64,000 bases of DNA from Faecousia sp. (GTDB lineage Bacteria; Bacillota; Clostridia; Oscillospirales; Oscillospiraceae), in contig JAZRGR010000225.1 of NCBI GenBank assembly GCA_045644345.1, positions 15,146 to 79,145 of the forward strand, written 5' to 3'. Positions 9,065 to 17,605 of the stretch are shown here, one piece after another (within the stretch, counting starts at the first letter, position 1; every line of letters begins with the position of its first letter). The notes under the pieces are model-generated. The model did not search any database, was not told the DNA's origin, and saw only the letters and a list, made by a program, of their open reading frames with translations. The translations under genes and the position numbers were made by a program.

Positions 9065-9580
9065 TATGGTGGACCGGACGGGGAGCTGGGAGCATCCCTG
9101 CGATATCTCAGCCAGAGATACTCTATGCCATACCCGGAGTTAAAGGGATTACTAACTGATATCGGTGTTGAGGAGCTCGGTCATTTGGAGATGATAGGTT
9201 CCATCGTTCACCAACTGACGAGGAAGCTCACAGACGACCAGCGAAAGGAAGCAGGGTTTGCTCCCTATTTCGTAGATCACACCCAGGGAGTGTATCCCCA
9301 GGCGGCTGCAGGTGTTCCCTGGTCTGCTGCTATGATGCAGGTAAAGGGGGATCCAATTACGGATCTGGCAGAGGATATGGCAGCAGAACAGAAGGCGAGG
9401 ACCACCTATGACAATATTCTGAGACTGTCTGATGATCCCGATGTAAACGATGTGATCAAGTTCCTCCGTGCCAGAGAGGTAGTGCATTTTCAACGCTTCG
9501 GAGAAGCAATGGAAATGCTGAGGGATAAGCTGAATCGTAAGAATATCTACTATATGAACCCTGCGGCAAAGGGATCGTAA
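9065..9580 (+). pseudogene. cotJC: 3' part of spore coat Mn-catalase gene cotJC, 5' end separated by prophage insertion (potentially restorable by excision)
   Basis: YGGPDGELGASLRYLSQRY...DIGVEELGHLEM...GDPITDLAEDMAAEQKAR...REVVHFQRFGE is the Mn-catalase/CotJC signature. It lacks the ~25 N-terminal residues and an RBS, and no cotJB lies upstream. Confidence 0.85.
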
Positions 9581-9668
9581 AGAGAGCGGCTCCCATTCCT
9601 ACATGGAATTGGGAGCCGTAATGACAAATCATATCGCCCCGCAAGGTGTTTGCGGGGCGAAAAGAGAC

Positions 9669-10652
9669 TCATAAGAACTGAGCAAGAAGCTCATCTCGAC
9701 TATAAGGGATAAGATCAGCAGGGGGAATATCCAGCATGGTATAGCATCCTACCTGTCCACGGTCAGCCATGCGTATGGCAGCACGAACACAGGACAGGAG
9801 AACAGAGGCAGTAAACTCCGGATTGGAATCCAGGGACAGGCTGTATTCGATCCGCTGACGATGCTCTCCGTTGAGACCTGTAGCACCTGTACATATAACA
9901 TGACCACCATGGGGCAAGCCACTATGATCTCGCACCAACTCCTCACGAGTAAGGAAGGTTACGGTGGTATCATAATCGGAGAAATAGTTGGGCATAGTCT
10001 TGATCTCCTGCTCGATCCGAGCAAGGTCTGCTCCATCTTCGGCCACAACATAGCAGTGACGGGTGTGCTTCTGTCTGGTGGAGAGGGTAGGGCACTTGCC
10101 GTCACGTACGGCATCCATTGCCTCCTGTACGGGAATCGTGTACTGTCTGCAATCAACAACTCCGGGGATCCGTCGTACAGCATCGGAATGGCCCTGGCTG
10201 ACACCTCGACCCCAGAAGGTATAGGTTGTGCTCTGAGGTAGGACTGCAGAGGCATAGACACGACTGATGGAAAACAGTCCCGGATCCCAGCCGGCAGATA
10301 TTACAGCAACATGCCCGCCGTCCCTTGCCGCACGGTCTACATTACTATAGTGCTGTGGGATCCTTGCATGGGTATCAAAGCTGTCAACTACATGGAAATA
10401 TTGGGCAAGCTCCGGCGTCATAACAGGCAGGTCAGAGGCACTGCCACCGCAGAGGAGAAGAATCTGGATCCGATCTGCCCACTGTCTGATATCGGAATAG
10501 GGAACGACAGGAACATTGGGCGTGGAAATGTGAACGGAACGCGGATCACGCCGAGTAAAGACAGCAACAAGCTCCATTGTGGGATCATGGGCGATGGCGG
10601 ATTCTGCTCCTCTGGCAAGATTCCCGTATCCAACAATGCCGATTTTGATCAT
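9669..10652 (-). CDS. ddh: meso-diaminopimelate D-dehydrogenase
   Basis: IGIVGYGNL Rossmann motif, DSFDTHA, GWDPGLFS, FWGRGVSQGHSDAVRR, PHGGHV, SNPEFTASVL. Confidence 0.95.
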   Translation of the reverse strand: MIKIGIVGYGNLARGAESAIAHDPTMELVAVFTRRDPRSVHISTPNVPVVPYSDIRQWADRIQILLLCGGSASDLPVMTPELAQYFHVVDSFDTHARIPQHYSNVDRAARDGGHVAVISAGWDPGLFSISRVYASAVLPQSTTYTFWGRGVSQGHSDAVRRIPGVVDCRQYTIPVQEAMDAVRDGKCPTLSTRQKHTRHCYVVAEDGADLARIEQEIKTMPNYFSDYDTTVTFLTREELVRDHSGLPHGGHVICTGATGLNGEHRQRIEYSLSLDSNPEFTASVLLSCVRAAIRMADRGQVGCYTMLDIPPADLIPYSRDELLAQFL

Positions 10653-10860
10653 GATGTTTTATTCCTCCGGATAATAGATTTTGGGCAATATAGAGTGAGA
10701 TGCTATATTTTAAACTTATCATAATTACAACAAAATGTCAACAAAAACAGAAGAAAATTGTAATAATTTCGTGATTGTAAATAAATATCACTCGTATTCA
10801 ATTATGAATTTGTCGAAAACCAAAAAATACGAATTACAGCAGAAAAAGCAAAAATAATGC

Positions 10861-10889
10861 TTGCAAATTCTGCGGGAATGAGCTATAAT
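10861..10889 (+). promoter_or_regulatory. Sigma-A promoter upstream of the putative RiPP precursor
   Basis: TTGCAA-N17-TATAAT. Confidence 0.75.
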
Positions 10890-11019
10890 CTGTTTGATAC
10901 CATGATGGTATAATGACGTGGTGTTGCCCATAGTCCGATTAGGTATATGATCGTCAGATTTGTCTTGGGTCTATAGTTGTGCGGTGAATTCCGTGGCTCA
11001 AGAAGAGAGGATGCGTAAC

Positions 11020-11298
11020 ATGAAGAGACCTTATTTCCGTCCGATGATGGCTTTTGAATCTTATCAGCTTGATGCGGCGATTGCCATCAAATGCGATGTT
11101 CCCATTGGCAATACTACTTTTGAGTGCAGTGTAGATCTTAGCGCCAATGGCAAATATGGTTACGGTGGCGGCGGTGAGTTCTTTAATTATACCAATTGTC
11201 AGACGGATTTGGTTGGGGATGGCCCCAATAACGAGTCTGTATGTTATCATGGGCCCCATTCTACCTTTAATATTTATGAAATTTTCCTGAATTCTTGA
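11020..11298 (+). CDS. Putative radical-SAM-modified peptide precursor (92 aa, YxxP leader, 4 Cys)
   Basis: RBS AGAGAGG 9 nt before ATG 11020. Leader MKRPYFRPMMAFESYQL, then a Gly/Asn/aromatic-rich core ending CYHGP...FLNS. Adjacent to an rSAM/SPASM gene. Confidence 0.65.
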   Translation: MKRPYFRPMMAFESYQLDAAIAIKCDVPIGNTTFECSVDLSANGKYGYGGGGEFFNYTNCQTDLVGDGPNNESVCYHGPHSTFNIYEIFLNS

Positions 11299-11330
11299 TT
11301 TTTATTCGGGATTTCCATATGGTTTTATTT

Positions 11331-11370
11331 AAACTGCTGCAAGGATGGGGATCATTTGCAGCAGTTTTTT
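11331..11370 (+). terminator. Intrinsic terminator between the precursor and the rSAM gene
   Basis: AAACTGCTGCAA / TTGCAGCAGTTT stem plus T-run. Confidence 0.75.
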
Positions 11371-11467
11371 AATACCGACTATAGAACATTCTCCATACAT
11401 TATGGAATATAGAGCGCATTATTGAACTTATGTATCGGCATTATGAGATTAGGAGGGAAATATATCG

Positions 11468-12550
11468 GTGAAACAGGATTACCCGATCAAACAGAGTGTA
11501 TGCAAGAGAGCCGCAACCAAGAATATCCCTGTTTGCGGAACATTTGAATTAACACCAAGATGCTCTTTGAACTGCAAGATGTGTTATATCCGTATGACTC
11601 CCGAACAGATGAAGCCCCTTGGATCGGAGCTGAGTGTTGATCGGTGGATCAAGTTGGCACAGGAAGCACGGGACATGGGCTTGACATTCCTGCTCCTTAC
11701 AGGAGGGGAACCCTTCCTCAGACAGGATATCTATGAGCTGCTGTCTGCACTCAATGCTATGGGAATTATAGTGGATATCAATAGCAATGGTACGCTGATC
11801 AACGAGGCTGTTATAGATAAACTCAAGTTGACCCCTCCATCTAAGATTAACATTACTCTGTATGGTGCCTCACGAGAGACTTACAGAGCATTGTGTGGGG
11901 ATGGAGATGCCTTTGACCGTGTGGTTCGCGGGATCGATCTGCTACGGGAAGCAGGATTTCTTGTGTGCTTAAATGCAACATTAACACCTGAAAATGTACA
12001 TGAATTGGAAGCACTGACCCAATTTGCCCAGAGTCGGGGATTGGTTCTGCGTACTACGGGATATGTGATGCCTCCCAGCCGTAGAGGAGCTCTGGAGCAG
12101 GCTTACAGACTCCCTGCAAAGGAAGCCGGAGAGAAAGCTTTCCAATCACAGCTCCTGTTCAACGGGGAGGAAGAAATGAGAAGCCGTGCCCTAAAGCAAC
12201 TGGCATGGGAGGATTGCTATCACGAGACAGAGGATGGAATCCATTGCCTTGCAGGACGGTCTCAATTCTGGGTCAGTTGGAACGGCAAGGTTCTTCCCTG
12301 CGGTATGCTTCCGGAGATCAGCGTCGATGTTGCAGTAACGGGGTTCCGAGGAGCATGGGAACAGATCAATAGGACGGTACGTCATTTGCCTGCAAGCAAG
12401 GAATGCGGCACCTGCCCTCACAGAAGGATATGTCCCAGCTGTGCCGCATCTCGATACTGCGAAAGTGGGGATGTTAGGACTCCGTCTGCATATATGTGCG
12501 AATTTACCAAGGCGTACCAGGCATCAATGGATCAGCTCGTAGCAGAGTAA
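11468..12550 (+). CDS. Radical SAM enzyme with SPASM domain (peptide maturase-like)
   Basis: CSLNCKMC (CxxxCxxC), LTGGEP, and C-terminal CLAG...PC...CGTC....CPSCAASRYC...C. Confidence 0.9.
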   Translation: MKQDYPIKQSVCKRAATKNIPVCGTFELTPRCSLNCKMCYIRMTPEQMKPLGSELSVDRWIKLAQEARDMGLTFLLLTGGEPFLRQDIYELLSALNAMGIIVDINSNGTLINEAVIDKLKLTPPSKINITLYGASRETYRALCGDGDAFDRVVRGIDLLREAGFLVCLNATLTPENVHELEALTQFAQSRGLVLRTTGYVMPPSRRGALEQAYRLPAKEAGEKAFQSQLLFNGEEEMRSRALKQLAWEDCYHETEDGIHCLAGRSQFWVSWNGKVLPCGMLPEISVDVAVTGFRGAWEQINRTVRHLPASKECGTCPHRRICPSCAASRYCESGDVRTPSAYMCEFTKAYQASMDQLVAE

Positions 12551-12600
12551 TATGTCTCTGCGGGTATAGATATTCGATTTGCTATTAACAGTGCAAAAAC

Positions 12601-12644
12601 AAAAGGACCGCTGTCACAGGGTTTAGGCTGTGACAGCGGTTTTT
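12601..12644. terminator. Bidirectional terminator between convergent genes
   Basis: ACCGCTGTCACAG / CTGTGACAGCGGT stem flanked by A-run and T-run. Confidence 0.8.
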
Positions 12645-12649
12645 GCAAT

Positions 12650-15600
12650 TTATGGTGTGAAATAGTTTTTGGCGGCATCGGAATATGCCATGAGTGCCCT
12701 GCAGAGGTCTCCTAAGGCACCGGTTTTGTGATTGCCGTAGGTGTCAGGGCTGTACAGTAGGGTAGAGGATACAGGGGTATTGCCTACATAGATCTGCGCA
12801 GAAATCACTGCCCTTAGCTCCGCAGCAAGGAGAGTATCCAGTGTAAAGACGTATACACCCAGATCGGGGTTGTATAGCTCGGCATTTTCGATCCGGTAAG
12901 TCTTAGTGTTGCCATATATGTCTTCATAGGAGATATGCAGTGAGAGTGCGGACGGGTCTGCAGCATAATTCCCGGGATGGAAGACAAATTTCAGTGCTAC
13001 TTTAGACTCTAAATTCAAGGATTTCCCTGCCCATGTGACAGGCGGATTCTCCAAATCATTTAGCACTGTATTGGTATTGCCGAATACCACTTCCTCCGGA
13101 TCGGACAGGTAAGAGCGGTGAACCGAGGTCATGGCATAGTCAACAAGACTATCGGTGCGGTAGGACTTGAAAATCTGCGCCTTGGAGCCATAGCGGAGCA
13201 ATTCGGCACATAGAACTTTGAGAGCGACGGTAGAGCCATCTTTATCTAACTGTGAGTAGGCATAATCAGCAATGCTATAATCATCAATAGGGGAATAGTA
13301 GGGCTGACCATCTTTGGTCCCGTACAGGACGGAACGGAAACGGTCGTTCATTTGCACAGCCGTCAAACCGTTAAGGGTAAAATAGTAGTAATATCCTTGA
13401 TCGACGGGGAGCAGCTTGACGGTACGGGTGCCGATTTTCTCACTACCCTCATAAATGTCCAGCTCTGTGAGGACGTATACGGTACTCATATCATAGCCCT
13501 CTAAGAGACTCTTGCTGACTGCAAAATTTACAGAGATATCGCTGGCCAGATTCAGCGTGTGGTTGAGTTTTAGAGCAGTGTTTTCCATGGGTTCCTTAAC
13601 GTCATTCTGACCGCAGAGGCAGAGTCCGTCTATAAAGCTGTGAGACTCTTCTGCGCTGAAACCGCAGTGACAGAATTTTTGGTGACTGCTACCCTCTAAG
13701 GCTTCATAGGAGAAGCTGTGCGCCTCTGCTGTAAACAGAGGATGAAGAGTCGCTCCCGTAAACAGGGAACTCAGATCAACAAGCTGATCGTTCTGATCCG
13801 CCCAGCCGTGGAAGTTGTAGTGCATAGTTTCGTCTCCGGGTTTTACAGGGAGGGCACCCCTATAGACGGCTGAGGTGTTTCGATCCACAGAGCATCGCTC
13901 TAACACGGATCCACCCTCTGTAACGAAGGTTACGGAACCAATGGTGGGATTCTTCTCGGCAGGTCCGATGTAGATGTAATCAATGAGGAATTCTGCGGTT
14001 TTGCCGGATGCGTTCTTCATGTTTAAGAACTGAGGATGAACCAGATTGATCCAATCGGATGCGAGATATTCTGCATCCGTCAATTTGGTCTCAAGAATGA
14101 ACCAGCCCTTGTCTACATAGTCTGCAAGATTGAAGTCTATGGGAATATTAGTCCAAGTGCGGCTTGTGCCTGCGTTATTGACTAAAGTGTTACTGCGATC
14201 CAAATTCATGCGGAAGGTGACTATGCCGTTGTCTGTAGAAGCTACTGCATTTTTGATCCGGATGCGAACTTGGAGAATGTCATTCTTGCCGGGAACGAAG
14301 TGCATAGCACTGACATTATCCCTACGGTTACGGATGGAGTGACTTGTATCTGTGTTTCCGGTGGGGACGGCTAACTTTAGAGCACCGTCAGCAATGGTAG
14401 ACATGGGAGAGCCATTATATACGACCCAGTTAGAGGGATCGTCGAAGTTCAAGTGGTTGTAGGTGAAGTTGTTATAACGGTCCCGATCTTCGGCTGTGTT
14501 CGTAAAGTCAAAGAACAGGGTGTCGTCTTGTTTGGGGAAGGTCTCCTGAGGTCCAATGTAAATGTAGTCAATGGAGAAGACAGCAGTAGCGCCGCTTGCA
14601 GACTTCAGATTGACGAACTGAGGATGAACCAGGTTCATGAATTCAAACTTGTTATACTCTGCAGTGTTTAGAGGGAAGGAGAGGGTCACATAGCCCTTGC
14701 CAACCACATCGGCGACCTTAAAACTCTTTTCGAAACGGGTATAGGTCTTAGTGACATCTGCGGCATCGTTGAGATCGTTGGGACAGTCTACATCCAGACG
14801 GAATTTTGCTGTACCATCAGTGGTAGAAGCTACAGCATTATCGATCTTGAAGCGAACTTGGCAGTAGTCTGTGGATTTGGTGAAATAATGGAGGGGACGA
14901 TACGCCCACTGGCCCTTGGAGTTATTCAGGGGACGACTGTAAACACCTACAGAGGTAATGGTTCCGTCGATGGGAGAGAAACTGAGAACGCCGCGGCTGA
15001 TGGCACTTGCGGTGGTGTTAGCTTCATGATCCCAGTTCTCTTTCCGGTCGAAATTGATGCCACCGTATACAAAGCTGTGATACCGCTCCTGTGCCACGGA
15101 CTCATTGTTGAAGTCGAACATTAGATATGGATCGGATTGACTTTTATAGTTGGGGGCGGTTAGATTGGGGGTAGTTGTGGTTTTCAGTAGTTTCTTTGCG
15201 GCAGAGACACTTTCGATTTTAATGGTATTTGTCCCCAATGTGACGAATGAACCGCTGTATTTGTATGCTGCGTTATCTACATCACAGGAAATCAGCGTGG
15301 GGAAATTGGGATTGCTCACCTGACCACTTGCATTTGCGGTATGGAGGGTGTGGGTATAATTGTGACCGGAGAACATGAGGCTGATCCCCATTTGGTTAAG
15401 GATCCTCGTCCATTGCGCATAATCTTCCTGAATACCGGCTGTGGTGACTCGGGTCATGGGAATATGGCAGAAAGCGATTCTTGTCGGGTAATCCTTCCAT
15501 TTCCCTTGGGCGAGGACTTCCTCCAGCCACCGGGTTTGCTCCTTGCGAAGGTTCTGGTAATCTGTGGTGCCACCGTATTCGGCATGGCTGTCGATCTTAT

Positions 15601-17554
15601 CCTCACCGGAATCCAGCACGATTGCAAAGAAATCCGGTTGCTCGACTGTGTAATAGCTCTTGCCTGTTGTGCTTGTAGGCGCAATGGAGTCCAGCAGGTA
15701 GGAATAGTTGCCACGAATCTCACGGTTTCCTCTTGTGAAGATCACAGGCTTCGTGCCTGTGGTAATGGCACTTGCAGTATCTAAGAGAAGCTTTACATTG
15801 GATTCGGTATTGCCGTTATAGGCATAGTCTCCACCAACATATAGGGCATCGAAGGTCTTGTATCCGGCAACAGCCTTGGCTTCGGCAGCAAGTCCACGGA
15901 AATCGGACAGACAGAGGATCACGGGCTCTTTCTTATCCCCCATTGGAGTAAAGGGATAGGTGCGGCTTACGGTACTGCCGTGAGTGGGATTGTAGGCGGC
16001 ACGAGTTGACATGGATTGGAAGCTGACAGAATAGCTACGGGCGGAATCCAAAGCAACCCGAGGGATACGGATGCTGTGATACTTGGTTTCCCAATCCATA
16101 AGCCCTGTGGTTTGATCATAGTATTTCTTGCCGCCTACTGTTGCCCATGCCATGCCTGTGGTATCAGTGGTGAAGATGATCTGATATCCGTCTTCCACAG
16201 CAAAAACCGTGGGATGTAGAGTATAGGGAGATGAGATGGAAGGTACGGAGGCTCGTGTAGCAGGGGAAACGGTGATTTCTGTATCTTCTGCGGTGGATAG
16301 ACGGGCTACAAGTCCGCCGGCCTCGTTTACATACGCATTGGTGAAAATGGGGATCTTCTTGGTAGCCTTTACGCTCAGTGTATCTGTGATGTTTTCGAGC
16401 TCGTAGCTATCGGTTCCAACCGTGACAAAGGTACTGCTATATGTGGCGTTGGTATTCTCTCGGTCGGATACGACTACGACGGTATAGTTGGGATCGGCAA
16501 GGTGCTTGGTATGGTCTGGTCCGTATACACCATACCGGTGGGTATGCCCTGCAATGTGAATGCTAACACCCATTTGATCCAACAGCTCAGTCCATTCCTT
16601 GTATACAGATTCAAAATCTTCCTTGGCATAGAAGCTGAAAGGCACATGGGCGAAGACCATTCGTACGGGGTATTTCTCCCATTCGCGGGAGGCTACTACC
16701 TGGCGCAGCCATTGGGTCTGTTCGTTGCGGTAGGTGGAGAACTGAACAGTACCACCGTATTCGGCATGGCTGTCTACCTTGTCCTCACCGGCATCCAGGA
16801 CGAGACCGAAGATCCCGGGCATTTTCACCGTGTAATAAGCACCGGTTTTCTCGCTGTAGCCGGAGACACGGTACAGATTATGAGATTGGGAACCGCGGAC
16901 CTCGTGATTGCCACGGGAGTAAATGGTAGGCTTACGACCTTGGGTCACTGCACCCGCCATGTCCAGATGGAGTTTGATGTAGGTATCCTCTGTCAACTTG
17001 CCGGCGTAATCGCCCCCCAACACATAGACATCAAAATCCTTGTACTTGGAGATCTTTAAGGTAGGATCCTTGTCGTTGTGCTGGTCCGAGCTACAATAGA
17101 ATACAGGAGGTCTGTCAGCAGGGATCGGATCAAAGGGATATGTGCGGCTGACAGTGGAACCGGGAGCGGGAGAAGTGGTGGGGCGTGCGGAAAGGGAACG
17201 GAAGCAGATCGTGTAGGTGCCTGCCGCATCTAAGGCGGTCTGCGGAACTGTGATCTTATGATATTTGCTCTTCCAGTTCATGAGACCGTTTTGAGAGTCG
17301 TTGTATTTGACTCCGCCGATCTCAACCCATGCCAAGCCGTTGGCATTGGTAGCAAAGGCGATCTGATAGGTGTCCTCCACAATGAATACCACGGGATGTG
17401 TGGTGAATGGGGAAGAAATGGCGGGAACGGATACTGCGGCAGGAGTCATCTCTTGCTCTGTGGTTTTTGCCCCAAAGGCAACGGGGGGAACAAGGGATAG
17501 AAGTAGTGCAAGGATCAGGGGGAACAACAGAATGCGAAGGGGTTGTTTACGCAT
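12650..17554 (-). CDS. Secreted multidomain metallophosphoesterase: two purple-acid-phosphatase-like units (second degenerate), two repeat modules, B-repeat, Cys/His linker and shared C-terminal module
   Basis: Signal peptide ending VAFG-A; first domain SSDQH, GGDY, RGNHE, AGHTH; second domain SDFR, GNRE, GHNY. Confidence 0.8.
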   Translation of the reverse strand: MRKQPLRILLFPLILALLLSLVPPVAFGAKTTEQEMTPAAVSVPAISSPFTTHPVVFIVEDTYQIAFATNANGLAWVEIGGVKYNDSQNGLMNWKSKYHKITVPQTALDAAGTYTICFRSLSARPTTSPAPGSTVSRTYPFDPIPADRPPVFYCSSDQHNDKDPTLKISKYKDFDVYVLGGDYAGKLTEDTYIKLHLDMAGAVTQGRKPTIYSRGNHEVRGSQSHNLYRVSGYSEKTGAYYTVKMPGIFGLVLDAGEDKVDSHAEYGGTVQFSTYRNEQTQWLRQVVASREWEKYPVRMVFAHVPFSFYAKEDFESVYKEWTELLDQMGVSIHIAGHTHRYGVYGPDHTKHLADPNYTVVVVSDRENTNATYSSTFVTVGTDSYELENITDTLSVKATKKIPIFTNAYVNEAGGLVARLSTAEDTEITVSPATRASVPSISSPYTLHPTVFAVEDGYQIIFTTDTTGMAWATVGGKKYYDQTTGLMDWETKYHSIRIPRVALDSARSYSVSFQSMSTRAAYNPTHGSTVSRTYPFTPMGDKKEPVILCLSDFRGLAAEAKAVAGYKTFDALYVGGDYAYNGNTESNVKLLLDTASAITTGTKPVIFTRGNREIRGNYSYLLDSIAPTSTTGKSYYTVEQPDFFAIVLDSGEDKIDSHAEYGGTTDYQNLRKEQTRWLEEVLAQGKWKDYPTRIAFCHIPMTRVTTAGIQEDYAQWTRILNQMGISLMFSGHNYTHTLHTANASGQVSNPNFPTLISCDVDNAAYKYSGSFVTLGTNTIKIESVSAAKKLLKTTTTPNLTAPNYKSQSDPYLMFDFNNESVAQERYHSFVYGGINFDRKENWDHEANTTASAISRGVLSFSPIDGTITSVGVYSRPLNNSKGQWAYRPLHYFTKSTDYCQVRFKIDNAVASTTDGTAKFRLDVDCPNDLNDAADVTKTYTRFEKSFKVADVVGKGYVTLSFPLNTAEYNKFEFMNLVHPQFVNLKSASGATAVFSIDYIYIGPQETFPKQDDTLFFDFTNTAEDRDRYNNFTYNHLNFDDPSNWVVYNGSPMSTIADGALKLAVPTGNTDTSHSIRNRRDNVSAMHFVPGKNDILQVRIRIKNAVASTDNGIVTFRMNLDRSNTLVNNAGTSRTWTNIPIDFNLADYVDKGWFILETKLTDAEYLASDWINLVHPQFLNMKNASGKTAEFLIDYIYIGPAEKNPTIGSVTFVTEGGSVLERCSVDRNTSAVYRGALPVKPGDETMHYNFHGWADQNDQLVDLSSLFTGATLHPLFTAEAHSFSYEALEGSSHQKFCHCGFSAEESHSFIDGLCLCGQNDVKEPMENTALKLNHTLNLASDISVNFAVSKSLLEGYDMSTVYVLTELDIYEGSEKIGTRTVKLLPVDQGYYYYFTLNGLTAVQMNDRFRSVLYGTKDGQPYYSPIDDYSIADYAYSQLDKDGSTVALKVLCAELLRYGSKAQIFKSYRTDSLVDYAMTSVHRSYLSDPEEVVFGNTNTVLNDLENPPVTWAGKSLNLESKVALKFVFHPGNYAADPSALSLHISYEDIYGNTKTYRIENAELYNPDLGVYVFTLDTLLAAELRAVISAQIYVGNTPVSSTLLYSPDTYGNHKTGALGDLCRALMAYSDAAKNYFTP

Positions 17555-17605
17555 CGGAATGCCTCCTTTTAATAATGTTGTGAATATGGCCGGAAGTGTA
17601 AACGA

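Larger units (their letters stand above)
1..9066 (+). mobile_element. Right end of a prophage (tail, lysis and accessory genes) integrated in cotJC; left part lies outside the window
   Basis: Co-oriented tail protein, holin and endolysin. Phage sequence gives way abruptly at ~9065 to the internal cotJC codons TAT GGT GGA CCG GAC (YGGPD). No integrase in the window. Confidence 0.85.

Noticed and set aside
1-9066. Complete DGR or integrase module in the prophage
   Set aside because: No reverse transcriptase, template repeat or recombinase ORF within the window.
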